Shown one piece after another: positions 1-9,391 of a DNA stretch of 64,000 nt. The first letter of the stretch is position 1. Every line of letters starts with the position of its first letter. The position numbers were made by a program, and so were the translations under genes. The notes under the pieces are model-generated. The model saw only the letters and a list, made by a program, of their open reading frames with translations. It was not told where the DNA came from and did no database searches. The stretch comes from Alphaproteobacteria bacterium (lineage in GTDB: Bacteria; Pseudomonadota; Alphaproteobacteria; Rhizobiales; TMED25), in assembly GCA_045565315.1 (NCBI GenBank), contig JBJLFO010000001.1, positions 663,732-727,731 on the forward strand. The letters run 5' to 3'.

Positions 1-559
1 ATTCGTAAAATCTATCCATTCCAGACAGTTCGATTTGTGAAAATTCTAAACATAAAAATTTTCCTCCATACTTCAATACACGATATATTTCTTTCAGCGC
101 AACGTCAACTGAAGCTACGTTCCGAATTCCAAATGCAATTGTGATGCAATCCATGGACTTTGAAACGAGGGGAATGTTTTCAGCATCTGACACAGCTAAA
201 CATAAATTTCCTATATATTTTTTATGTTCTTTTCTTTGCTTAGCCTGTAATATCATTTGATCGTTGATATCCATCATAAAGACATCAATCTTTTTAGAAT
301 TTTTTTTCAATAGCTTATATGCAATATCACCTGTTCCACATGCAAGATCTAAATAAGAAAAATTTTTATTGGAAGATTTCATACTAATTATCATATTAAT
401 TAGTATGTCTTTCCAAATTCTATGCGTTCCAAAAGATAAAATATCATTCATTAAATCATATTTTTTCGATACTGAGTCAAACACGTCATTGACAAGTCTA
501 ACTTTCTGTTCTTTTGACACCTCCTCCTCGCCAAAGTAAAATTTGTTTATTTTTTTCAT
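1..559 (-). CDS. ubiE: Ubiquinone/menaquinone C-methyltransferase UbiE (C-terminal part lost at window edge)
   Basis: My own minus-strand translation from the ATG at 559-557 gives MKKINKFYFGEEEVSKEQKVRLVNDVFDSVSKKYDLMNDILSFGTHRIWKD...LDLACGTGDIA...YGGKFLCLEFS. This is the UbiE/MenG N-terminal signature plus the SAM-binding DxAxGTGD motif. It is absent from the ORF track because it runs off the window. Confidence 0.85.
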   Translation of the reverse strand, partial: MKKINKFYFGEEEVSKEQKVRLVNDVFDSVSKKYDLMNDILSFGTHRIWKDILINMIISMKSSNKNFSYLDLACGTGDIAYKLLKKNSKKIDVFMMDINDQMILQAKQRKEHKKYIGNLCLAVSDAENIPLVSKSMDCITIAFGIRNVASVDVALKEIYRVLKYGGKFLCLEFSQIELSGMDRFYE

Positions 560-620
560 AATTAATATTTTATCTATTGTTTATTTCATGTAATTTACTA
601 ATAATAACATTTGAAAAGAT

Positions 621-1463
621 ATGCCAGAACTACCTGAAGTTGAAATTATAAAAAGAAACCTCACGGAAAGTTTGCTCAACAAGACTTTTCTCTCAGTTGA
701 AGTCTATTGTGATAAACTTCGTTATAAAATACCACAAAATTTTATAGAAACTATAAAAAATAAAAAAGTTGTAAACATTGAAAGAATTGCAAAATATATT
801 TTTGTTACTCTGGATAACAATAATATCTTGGTTATTCATCTTGGTATGACTGGGAATTTTCTTGTCAACCATACAGATGATGAGATAATTCCTATTAAGC
901 ATACTCATATAAAATTTTTAATGTCCAATTTTAGAGTAATTAGATATATTGATATAAGAAGATTTGGTTTTATAATAATTTTTGAATCAGGCAAAGATGT
1001 TGCTAGTTTTTTTGATAAAAGGTTAGGAGTTGATGCTATTAGTAGTAAGTTTAATAGCGAATATTTGATAAATAAATTAAAAAATAAAAAAATTGATATC
1101 AAGAATGCATTACTTGATCAAAAAATTGTTGGTGGTGTAGGAAATATATATGCATCAGAAGCGTTATATAGAGCGGGTATATCACCCTTTGAAAGAAGTG
1201 AGGATATTGCAAAAAGTAATAAAAAAGTTGATAATCTAATAAGCTCAATAAAGTTTATACTCAAAGACGCAATTAAGGTCGGTGGATCAACAATAAGCGA
1301 TTATAAAAATATGGATGGGGAAAGTGGTTATTTTCAGTATAAATTTAATGTATATAATAGAGAAAATTTAGAATGTAATAATAAAAATTGCTCTTCACAT
1401 ATAAAAAAAATAAGACAATCAGGGCGCTCTACGTTTTACTGTGATAGTTGTCAGAAAGAATAA
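621..1463 (+). CDS. mutM: Formamidopyrimidine-DNA glycosylase (Fpg/MutM)
   Basis: N-terminal MPELPEVE (catalytic Pro2/Glu3). C-terminal four-Cys zinc finger CNNKNC...YCDSC. Confidence 0.95.
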   Translation: MPELPEVEIIKRNLTESLLNKTFLSVEVYCDKLRYKIPQNFIETIKNKKVVNIERIAKYIFVTLDNNNILVIHLGMTGNFLVNHTDDEIIPIKHTHIKFLMSNFRVIRYIDIRRFGFIIIFESGKDVASFFDKRLGVDAISSKFNSEYLINKLKNKKIDIKNALLDQKIVGGVGNIYASEALYRAGISPFERSEDIAKSNKKVDNLISSIKFILKDAIKVGGSTISDYKNMDGESGYFQYKFNVYNRENLECNNKNCSSHIKKIRQSGRSTFYCDSCQKE

Positions 1464-1464
1464 T

Positions 1465-2217
1465 ATGGAAGAATTTAAATACATCCAGACTCGAACAAAA
1501 AATAAAAATATATTCCATATTATTTTAAAAAGACCTAGTCATTATAATGCGTTAAATAAAGTCCTATCTGAGGAGTTGATTAAGGCAATGAGGTATGCAG
1601 ATGATTGTAAAACTGTAAAATGTATTATTGTATCAGGCATAAATAATTTCTGTGTGGGTGCAGATATTTCAGAACTATATAGAGATCCACATTTTATTGA
1701 AATCTGGGAATATATAGATGAGGTCAAGAAGCCAATAATTGCTGCTGTCAGCGGACTTGCATTAGGCGGAGGTTTAGAAATATTATTAATGTTTGATATT
1801 ATTTTAGCGGCAAAAAATTCTAAGTTTGGGCAACCTGAAATTAATTTGGGATTGATTCCAGGTGGAGGAGCCACCCAGCGCCTACCTCGAGTAATAGGTA
1901 AAAATAGGAGTATGGAAATATGTTTGACAGGTGATACTATATCTGCACAAGAAGCAAAAGAAATGGGTATCATAAATCAAGTTTGTAAAGAAGATGATTT
2001 AATGCCACTGGCTGAAAATATTGCAGAGAAGATAGCGTCTAAATCTATGGAGTCGATCATAACTATAAAAAAACTTATTAAACAAAGTTACGATAGAAAA
2101 ATTGAAGATGGAATAAAAAAAGAAAAGTTAAACTTTTATAAAATAATCAAAGGTAAAAATGGAGTCGAAGGGATTGCTGCTTTTAGAGAAAAAAGAAAAC
2201 CGCAATTTTACGATTAG
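1465..2217 (+). CDS. Enoyl-CoA hydratase/isomerase (crotonase) family protein
   Basis: Crotonase motifs AAVSGLALGGGLEILLMFDI and FGQPEINLGLIPGGGATQRLPR. ATG at 1465 chosen because it follows the mutM stop (1461-1463); the track ORF starts at an upstream GTG (1441). Confidence 0.85.
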   Translation: MEEFKYIQTRTKNKNIFHIILKRPSHYNALNKVLSEELIKAMRYADDCKTVKCIIVSGINNFCVGADISELYRDPHFIEIWEYIDEVKKPIIAAVSGLALGGGLEILLMFDIILAAKNSKFGQPEINLGLIPGGGATQRLPRVIGKNRSMEICLTGDTISAQEAKEMGIINQVCKEDDLMPLAENIAEKIASKSMESIITIKKLIKQSYDRKIEDGIKKEKLNFYKIIKGKNGVEGIAAFREKRKPQFYD

Positions 2218-2229
2218 TAAATTATTGAG

Positions 2230-2258
2230 TTGACGTTATATCAATGAATCTCTATATA
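2230..2258 (+). promoter_or_regulatory. Candidate sigma-70 promoter for rpsT (TTGACG-N17-TATATA)
   Basis: TTGACG at 2230-2235, a 17-nt spacer, then TATATA at 2253-2258, about 30 nt upstream of the rpsT ATG. AT-rich background makes chance matches common. Confidence 0.35.
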
Positions 2259-2289
2259 TTCATTATTAATCATTTATAGATAGTAAAAA

Positions 2290-2550
2290 ATGGCAAATAC
2301 TAAATCTGCAAAAAAAATGGTTCGTAAAATTGAAAAACGTACCATCGTAAATAGAATGCGTCGTAGCATGGTTAGAACTTCTGTGAAAAAAGCAGAGGTC
2401 TTGATTGACTCTGGTGACAAAGAAAACGCAAAGGAAGCATTAGTAAACGCTGAAAAACATTTAATGCGTGGCGCTCAAAAAGGTGCTTTCAGCAAGAAAA
2501 TGGCCTCAAGAAAGATCTCTCGTCTTACAAAAAAACTGATAAATTCTTAA
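2290..2550 (+). CDS. rpsT: 30S ribosomal protein S20
   Basis: 86-aa highly basic protein starting MANTKSAKKMVRK. Typical S20 N-terminus and size. Confidence 0.95.
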   Translation: MANTKSAKKMVRKIEKRTIVNRMRRSMVRTSVKKAEVLIDSGDKENAKEALVNAEKHLMRGAQKGAFSKKMASRKISRLTKKLINS

Positions 2551-2862
2551 TCCCTCAGAGAATTATAATCAATCTCCCACAAGCCATATCTCATAATATT
2601 AGTGTTGTAATATTAATAAATCATTTTTTTGTTCAGATATTTTATATCAGAATATAACCTCTTTTTTCTTATTAGAAAAAATCTAATAAATACAATAAGT
2701 TACTAATAAAGTGTCACAAACATTAAAAAAGTATTAAAATGCTTGCCAAATCATTTGTCAAAAAAAAAAAATTATGCTCTAAGAAATTTAAAAATAGTGT
2801 CATTTTATCAATATAAATTTATTATTATTCTTCAGTCAGTTGTCATAATTTATAAAAGTTTT

Positions 2863-2909
2863 TTGATAAGTTAATAATATATATATTTAATAATCAGTGT
2901 ACTGATTAT
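2863..2909 (+). promoter_or_regulatory. Candidate promoter (TTGATA-N17-TTTAAT) overlapped by a 9+9 inverted repeat (possible operator) upstream of rhodanese-dnaA
   Basis: TTGATA at 2863-2868 and TTTAAT at 2886-2891. Inverted repeat ATAATCAGT-gt-ACTGATTAT at 2890-2909 with perfect 9-bp arms. Confidence 0.3.
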
Positions 2910-3036
2910 ATAAAATTACACTTTTAAAAAAAATATAATTTCAATATAGTGTTAACATAATAAATAAGTTTTATACCCACTCTAAATGTGAAAATAATTT
3001 CTTATAAATATTTTTTTAATAGGATATATAAACAAA

Positions 3037-3492
3037 ATGCATATTGAAACATTCAAAAATGAGACAAATTATGCAGGCGATATATCCCCGGCTATGGCAT
3101 GGCAAGTTCTTAAAGAATTTAAAAAATCAACCTTACTTGATGTAAGAACATATGCGGAATTGAACTTTGTTGGTCAACCAGATTTATCATCTATTAATAA
3201 ATCAGTAAAAAATATTGAGTTACAAATTTTCCCAAGCGGAAAATTAAATTCAGAATTTGCTAAACAAGCAGAAGTTGAGTTAGAGAACGAGCATATAGAG
3301 AAGGGGGACCCCATCTTATTTCTGTGCCGTTCCGGAGCTCGAAGTGCCCAATCAGCATCTTTAATGGCTCAAAGGGGTTGGAAAAATTGCTATAATATTG
3401 CGTTTGGATTTGAGGGTGATCCAAATGAATATCATCATCGCGCTTGTATCAATGGTTGGAAAAAAGAGGGGTTGCCATGGATTCAGCTATAG
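3037..3492 (+). CDS. Rhodanese-domain sulfurtransferase
   Basis: Single rhodanese domain with active-site loop CRSGARS (CxxGxR[ST]). Its stop lies 16 nt inside dnaA. Confidence 0.8.
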   Translation: MHIETFKNETNYAGDISPAMAWQVLKEFKKSTLLDVRTYAELNFVGQPDLSSINKSVKNIELQIFPSGKLNSEFAKQAEVELENEHIEKGDPILFLCRSGARSAQSASLMAQRGWKNCYNIAFGFEGDPNEYHHRACINGWKKEGLPWIQL

Positions 3493-4904
3493 ATAGTGTT
3501 AATAAAAAATACAATGTCCAAGATAGCTGGAAAATAGTCAATAAAAGCTTACGTATTCAGGTGGGTGAGGACCTATATAATAGCTGGTTTACCAGATTGG
3601 AACCTCATAAAATAGAAAATGGAGTTTTAACCCTATCCCTTCCAACTCTATTTCTAAAAAGCTGGATAAAATCAAGATATAGCGATAAACTTCTCGAAAT
3701 TTGGAAAGCTGAGATACCTGAAATAAATCGTGTAGAGCTGCGTGTGAGAAATCACGGTGAGAAGAAATCTGAAAATTCTAATTCTGATGGATATGCATCA
3801 GCAAATAATAATTCATCCCAAAATATTCAATTTACAGATGATAATACTTCTGCAAATAATGGCACCCCTCTCGATAGGAGATATACTTTCAATAATTATG
3901 TTGTTGGAAGATCTAATGCATTAGCGCATGCCGCTGCAATGAGAGTTGCACAACCGCAAAGGAATACTCCAATTGAATTTAATCCACTATATATTCATGG
4001 GCCAGTTGGAACTGGTAAAACACATTTGTTAAATGCTATTGCTTGGGAAACTAAAGCAAGAAACCCTGATAGAAATATTTTATTTCTATCCGCTGTCAGA
4101 TTTATGAGCTCTTTTGTTGAGGCGGTAAAATCCAAAGATACAATTAGTTTTAAAAAAATATTTGCTGATGTTGATTTACTTCTGATTGACGATATGCAAT
4201 TTCTCCAAGGCAAAGCAGTTCAGCAAGAATTTTGTCATATCTTCAATGCATTAGATACATCAAAGCATCAAATAGTTATTGCAGGCGACTCCCCTCCATC
4301 AAAACTTGAAATGTTAGATGATAGAATGAAATCAAGATTATCAGGTGGCCTTGTTGCTCAAATCGGTCCAACTGATTTTGATATTAGGCGAGGTATTTTA
4401 GAAAAAAAATTGGCGCAGACATTAAGAGGGAATACTAGAATTGAAGTTTCATCTGCTGTTTTAGATTTTCTTGCAAGAAGAATACAGAGTTCAGGTAGAG
4501 AATTGGAAGGTGCTATGAATAGAATTATAGCTGCACATAGCCTTAATAAACGACCTATAACTGTTGAAGAGGCAGCAGTATCTATCCAAGATTTAATAAG
4601 TGAAGAGCAGAATAGGCAAATTATGATTGAAGATGTGCTTAGAACAATAAGTGGTCACTTTAATGTAACAAGGCAAGATATCTTGTCTTCCCGAAGACAT
4701 AAGACAATAGTTTACCCAAGACAAATTGGAATGTATTTAGCAAAAATACTGACATCGAGATCCCTACCCGAAATTGGTAGAAAGTTTGGTGGGAGAGATC
4801 ATACAACTGTGCTACATGCCGTCAGAAAAATTGAGAGGTTGATCGCAAGTGATGATAGTATTAAGAATTCAATTGTAAGTCTTGAAAACTCTCTGAAGGA
4901 ATAA
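3477..4904 (+). CDS. dnaA: Chromosomal replication initiator DnaA
   Basis: Walker A GPVGTGKTHL, Walker B LLLIDDMQF, and C-terminal DNA-binding motif GGRDHTTVLHA. ATG at 3477 (MDSAIDS...) is preferred over the track's TTG at 3444. Confidence 0.97.
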   Translation: MDSAIDSVNKKYNVQDSWKIVNKSLRIQVGEDLYNSWFTRLEPHKIENGVLTLSLPTLFLKSWIKSRYSDKLLEIWKAEIPEINRVELRVRNHGEKKSENSNSDGYASANNNSSQNIQFTDDNTSANNGTPLDRRYTFNNYVVGRSNALAHAAAMRVAQPQRNTPIEFNPLYIHGPVGTGKTHLLNAIAWETKARNPDRNILFLSAVRFMSSFVEAVKSKDTISFKKIFADVDLLLIDDMQFLQGKAVQQEFCHIFNALDTSKHQIVIAGDSPPSKLEMLDDRMKSRLSGGLVAQIGPTDFDIRRGILEKKLAQTLRGNTRIEVSSAVLDFLARRIQSSGRELEGAMNRIIAAHSLNKRPITVEEAAVSIQDLISEEQNRQIMIEDVLRTISGHFNVTRQDILSSRRHKTIVYPRQIGMYLAKILTSRSLPEIGRKFGGRDHTTVLHAVRKIERLIASDDSIKNSIVSLENSLKE

Positions 4905-4998
4905 ATTGCTATATTTCCTGTCAATTATGCTGATTAACATTGATATAAAAATGTTTTTTCAATAAGCTATTTGATATAGGAAGCAAAAAACTATCGAT

Positions 4999-6129
4999 AT
5001 GCAAGCAATTTTAGAAAAAAATCAGCTTTTAAAAGCTCTTAACCACGTTCAAAATGTTGTTGAAAAAAGAAATACAATACCAATTCTTGCAAATATACTC
5101 ATTGTTGCTGAAGGTGTTGGGTTAAAATTAATATCAACTGATCTTGATATAGAAGTAATTGAAGAAATAGAGGCGAAAATTGAAGAAGGTGGAAGCTTAA
5201 CAGCTCCAGCACACCTTCTTTATGATATAATAAGAAAACTTCCAGATAGTTCTAAAATATTAATATCCAAGCAAGAAGATCAAGATCATTTAACCATTAG
5301 CTCCGGTAAATCGAACTTTAAATTGCAAACATTACCCAGATCAGATTTTCCAGAAATTTCTAATGATCAGTACACTCATACATTTACAATTGTGAGCGGA
5401 GAATTGAACAGATTAATTGAGAAAACGAGATTTGCAATCTCCAATGAAGAAACAAGGTACTATTTAAATGGAATATATTTACATGAGTCAGAAGCTATTG
5501 ACAAAAGTAGTCCGCTTCCAACTCTCAGGACTGTGTCAACAGACGGTCACAGATTAGCACAAGCCGAGTTGCCCTTACCAGACGGGTCTGGTGGTATGCC
5601 TGGAGTGATTATCCCTCGGAAGGCAATTTCAGAAATTCTAAAACTTACTCAGGAACTAGATGGTGATATAGAAGTAAGAGTATCTGAAAGTAAATTAAAA
5701 TTTATATTTAATAATGTAGAAATTACAACCAAGGTGATTGATGGGACTTTCCCTGATTATAATAGAGTTATTCCGTTTAAAAATGAGAAGCCTATGATTG
5801 TGGATACCGATCTACTAACTAATGCAGTTGACAGAGTTGCTACTTTATCAAGTGAGCGTGGTCGTGCTGTAAAATTATCCTTGAGTAAAAATAATCTGAC
5901 ATTATCGGTTACAAGTCCAGAAGCTGGGACTGCAATAGAAGAGATATCTGTTAGTTTTAATGATGAAGATTTCGAAATAGGCTTTAATTCCAAGTACTTA
6001 TTAGATATCTCATCTCAGCTAAGTGGAAAATCAGTGAAATTCCTTTTTTCAGAGCCAAGTTCGCCGTGTCTTATACTAGATCCAGATGATGAGGCAACCC
6101 TATATGTTCTTATGCCAATGAGGGTTTAA
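4999..6129 (+). CDS. dnaN: DNA polymerase III beta sliding clamp
   Basis: 376 aa, immediately downstream of dnaA. Typical clamp N-terminus and C-terminal LMPMRV. Confidence 0.95.
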   Translation: MQAILEKNQLLKALNHVQNVVEKRNTIPILANILIVAEGVGLKLISTDLDIEVIEEIEAKIEEGGSLTAPAHLLYDIIRKLPDSSKILISKQEDQDHLTISSGKSNFKLQTLPRSDFPEISNDQYTHTFTIVSGELNRLIEKTRFAISNEETRYYLNGIYLHESEAIDKSSPLPTLRTVSTDGHRLAQAELPLPDGSGGMPGVIIPRKAISEILKLTQELDGDIEVRVSESKLKFIFNNVEITTKVIDGTFPDYNRVIPFKNEKPMIVDTDLLTNAVDRVATLSSERGRAVKLSLSKNNLTLSVTSPEAGTAIEEISVSFNDEDFEIGFNSKYLLDISSQLSGKSVKFLFSEPSSPCLILDPDDEATLYVLMPMRV

Positions 6130-6181
6130 TATATTTTTTAGCTCTGACGATTAAAAAATAAATAAAAAAATAGAATAATAT

Positions 6182-6210
6182 CTTGTAGGAATAATTTTTG
6201 CTCTTATATA
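6182..6210 (+). promoter_or_regulatory. Alphaproteobacterial RpoH (sigma-32)-type heat-shock promoter for dnaK-dnaJ
   Basis: CTTG at 6182-6185, a 17-nt spacer, then CTTATATA at 6203-6210. This matches the alpha-type consensus CTTG-N17-18-CYTATNT and lies about 60 nt upstream of the dnaK ATG. Confidence 0.55.
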
Positions 6211-6271
6211 GAAGTGTAAGGGATTAATTAATTATAAATACATTTTAGAGCTATTTTAAGGAGTAATGAGG

Positions 6272-8176
6272 ATGGCAAAAATAATTGGTATTGATTTAGG
6301 GACTACTAACTCATGTGTTGCAGTAATGGATGGAAAAGATCCAAAGGTAATTGAAAATTCAGAAGGAGCAAGGACAACTCCATCAATTGTGGCATTTGGC
6401 GAGGACTCTGAAAGAACTACAGGATTACCTGCTAAGCGTCAAGCAGTTACGAATCCTGAGAATACACTTTTTGCTGTAAAGCGTTTAATGGGACGTAGAT
6501 TTGACGATCCTTTGGTAAAAAAAGATAAAAATATAGTACCATATACAATTGCAAAAGCAGAAAATGGTGATGCTTGGGTCCAAGCTAGATCTGAAAAGTA
6601 TTCACCATCACAAATATCAGCTTTTATCCTTCAAAAGATGAAAGAAACAGCTGAAAGTTTCTTAAGTGAAACTATCACTCAGGCTGTAATCACAGTTCCT
6701 GCCTACTTCAATGATGCACAAAGACAAGCAACGAAAGACGCCGGTAAGATCGCCGGCCTGGAAGTTCTTAGGATTATAAATGAGCCCACTGCAGCCGCAC
6801 TAGCCTATGGTCTAGATCGGAAAGATGGTCAAACAATTGCTGTTTATGACCTTGGTGGAGGGACGTTCGATATTTCCATCCTTGAAATAGGGGACGGTGT
6901 TTTTGAAGTGAAGTCAACAAATGGTGACACATTTCTTGGTGGAGAGGATTTCGATGCACGTCTTGTTAACTACTTAGCAGAAGAATTCAAAAAAGATCAG
7001 GGTGTTGATATTTTGAAGGATAAATTAGCTTTACAAAGACTCAAAGAAGCCGCGGAAAAGGCTAAAATAGAGCTATCCTCAACAACGCAAACAGAGATTA
7101 ATTTACCATACATAACAGCAGATCAGGCTGGACCTAAGCATTTAAATATCAAATTAACTAGAGCTAAATTTGAGACTTTAGTTGCTGATTTAGTTGATAA
7201 AACTATCACACCATGCGAAAAAGCATTAAAAGATGCAGGTCTAAAGGCTGGAGAGATAGACGAAGTCGTTATGGTAGGGGGCATGTCTCGAATGCCAAAA
7301 GTACTAGAAAAAGTTCAGAATTTTTTTGGTAAGGAGCCTCATAGAGGTGTAAATCCAGACGAAGTAGTAGCTATAGGTGCTGCTATTCAGGCTGGTGTTC
7401 TTCAAGGAGATGTGAAAGATGTTCTTCTACTAGACGTAACACCACTATCCCTTGGTATAGAAACACTTGGAGGTGTATTTACAAGATTAATTGAAAGAAA
7501 TACAACAATTCCTACTAAGAAAAGTCAAACCTTTTCAACAGCGGATGACAATCAGTCAGCTGTAACCATTAGAGTTTTTCAAGGTGAAAGAGAAATGGCA
7601 GCTGATAATAAATTGCTTGGTAATTTTGATCTTGTTGGAATTACACCAGCTCCAAGAGGTGTTCCGCAAATTGAAGTAACGTTTGATATTGATGCTAATG
7701 GTATCGTAAATGTTAAAGCGGTTGACAAAGCAACAAATAAGGAACAGTCCATAAAAATTCAAGCTTCAGGTGGTTTATCAGATGAAGATATTGAGAATAT
7801 GGTCAAAGATGCAGAAACACATGCTGAAGAAGATAAAGCAAAAAAAGAAATGATTGAGACTAAAAACCAAGCAGAATCATTAATACATGGAACAGAAAAG
7901 AGTTTAAATGAAAATAGCGATAAAATTGGTGAAGAAGATAAAAAATCAATTGAAGATGCTATAGAAAGATTAAAATCTTCCATAGAGGGTGATGATACAA
8001 CAAAAATTGCAGAAGATTTAGAAGCTCTAACTCAAGAAGCCATGAAACTTGGTGAGGCGATATATAAAGCTCAGCAGAATAGCCAAGAAGAGGCCCCAAG
8101 TGAACCCCAAGACCCCGAAGATGGCACAATTGTAGATGCAGACTTTGAAGAAGTAGATGAAGAAAATAAGTCCTAG
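6272..8176 (+). CDS. dnaK: Molecular chaperone DnaK (Hsp70)
   Basis: Hsp70 signatures [17 protein letters not shown] and [13 protein letters not shown] at 6272 (MAKIIG) is correctly spaced from AAGGAG at 6259-6264. Confidence 0.98.
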   Translation: MAKIIGIDLGTTNSCVAVMDGKDPKVIENSEGARTTPSIVAFGEDSERTTGLPAKRQAVTNPENTLFAVKRLMGRRFDDPLVKKDKNIVPYTIAKAENGDAWVQARSEKYSPSQISAFILQKMKETAESFLSETITQAVITVPAYFNDAQRQATKDAGKIAGLEVLRIINEPTAAALAYGLDRKDGQTIAVYDLGGGTFDISILEIGDGVFEVKSTNGDTFLGGEDFDARLVNYLAEEFKKDQGVDILKDKLALQRLKEAAEKAKIELSSTTQTEINLPYITADQAGPKHLNIKLTRAKFETLVADLVDKTITPCEKALKDAGLKAGEIDEVVMVGGMSRMPKVLEKVQNFFGKEPHRGVNPDEVVAIGAAIQAGVLQGDVKDVLLLDVTPLSLGIETLGGVFTRLIERNTTIPTKKSQTFSTADDNQSAVTIRVFQGEREMAADNKLLGNFDLVGITPAPRGVPQIEVTFDIDANGIVNVKAVDKATNKEQSIKIQASGGLSDEDIENMVKDAETHAEEDKAKKEMIETKNQAESLIHGTEKSLNENSDKIGEEDKKSIEDAIERLKSSIEGDDTTKIAEDLEALTQEAMKLGEAIYKAQQNSQEEAPSEPQDPEDGTIVDADFEEVDEENKS

Positions 8177-8209
8177 AACGTAATTTTCTCATAGTGGAGA
8201 TCAACTAAT

Positions 8210-9334
8210 ATGGCTAAAAAGGATTACTACAATATATTAGGTGTTGATAAAAGCTGTGATGAAAAATCACTGAAGACTGCATTCAGAAAATTAGCAAAAC
8301 AATATCATCCAGATCATAACTCCGGAAATCCTGAGGCGGAAGCGCAATTTAAGGAGGTATCAGAAGCATATGAGAGACTAAAAAATCCAGAATCTCGGGC
8401 TGCCTACGATAGATATGGTCATGCAGCCTTTGACGGATCTGCTGGAAGGGGACAAGGTGGTGCAGGTTTTGATGGGAATTTTTCATCTTCTTTCTCAGAT
8501 ATATTTAACGATTTTTTTGGAGATTTTGGCTCAACATCAAGATCAAATGCATCAGCAAATAGAGGTTCAGATTTAAGATACAACTTAGAAATCTCACTTG
8601 AAGAAGCCTTCAATGGCAAATCGGATACTATCAATGTTCCCATGAATACAACCTGTTCTACTTGTTCAGGAAGTGGAGGTGAAAAAGGAGAGGCCCCCAT
8701 CATATGCCCCAGCTGCCAAGGCTCAGGAAAAACACTTGCAAGCCAAGGGTTTTTTACAATAGAGAGAACTTGCAGTTCATGCCATGGAAATGGTAAAATA
8801 GTTGTGAATCCATGCAAATCCTGTGCAGGGCAGGGTCGTCAGAAAAAACCGAAAAAACTCAATATTGATATTCCAGCAGGTGTTGAGGATGGGAATAGAA
8901 TTAGACTAAGTGGGCAGGGTGAAGCCGGCATTAGAGGTGGGGGACCTGGAGACTTATATATATTCATATCTATCAAACCTCATATTTTCTTTGAGCGCGA
9001 CGGTTCCGATCTCTTTTGTAATGTTCCAGTTTCTATGGCTACAGCCGCACTTGGGGGACAGATAAATATACCAACTGTCGATGGTGGTAAAACAAGGGTA
9101 GTAATCCCAGAAGGCTCACAAAATAATAAACAGTTCAGGTTAAGGTCCAAGGGTATGCCGATATTGCGACAAAAAAGGCAGGGCGACCTCTATCTAAAAA
9201 TTACTGTTGAGACCCCAATAAATTTATCAAAGAAACAAAAAGAACTCCTGAAAGAATTTGAAGAAATGTCAAATGATAAAACAAACCCTGAAAGCCATAG
9301 TTTCTTCAAAAAAATAAGAGATTTGTGGCAATAA
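8210..9334 (+). CDS. dnaJ: Co-chaperone DnaJ (Hsp40)
   Basis: J-domain with HPD, a G/F-rich linker, and four CxxCxGxG repeats ([32 protein letters not shown]). Confidence 0.97.
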   Translation: MAKKDYYNILGVDKSCDEKSLKTAFRKLAKQYHPDHNSGNPEAEAQFKEVSEAYERLKNPESRAAYDRYGHAAFDGSAGRGQGGAGFDGNFSSSFSDIFNDFFGDFGSTSRSNASANRGSDLRYNLEISLEEAFNGKSDTINVPMNTTCSTCSGSGGEKGEAPIICPSCQGSGKTLASQGFFTIERTCSSCHGNGKIVVNPCKSCAGQGRQKKPKKLNIDIPAGVEDGNRIRLSGQGEAGIRGGGPGDLYIFISIKPHIFFERDGSDLFCNVPVSMATAALGGQINIPTVDGGKTRVVIPEGSQNNKQFRLRSKGMPILRQKRQGDLYLKITVETPINLSKKQKELLKEFEEMSNDKTNPESHSFFKKIRDLWQ

Positions 9335-9391
9335 TATTAAATTCATCGTAATATTATTATAAAAAGAAAAATATCAGACGGTAAAGATCTA

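Noticed and set aside
1542-1973. 143-aa minus-strand ORF inside the enoyl-CoA hydratase gene
   Set aside because: It is antisense to a gene with clear crotonase motifs and has no recognisable domain. The many 60-130-aa antisense ORFs listed inside dnaK, dnaJ, rho, leuS, ftsK and acs are rejected for the same reason.
2551-3036. The dnaA-upstream spacer as the replication origin
   Set aside because: It has only one weak (2-mismatch) DnaA-box-like 9-mer, and all flanking genes are co-oriented, so there is no divergence. The hemE-adjacent gap at 23900-24277 has a perfect box, a phased array and the canonical alphaproteobacterial flanks. The spacer is kept as a regulatory or ncRNA candidate instead.
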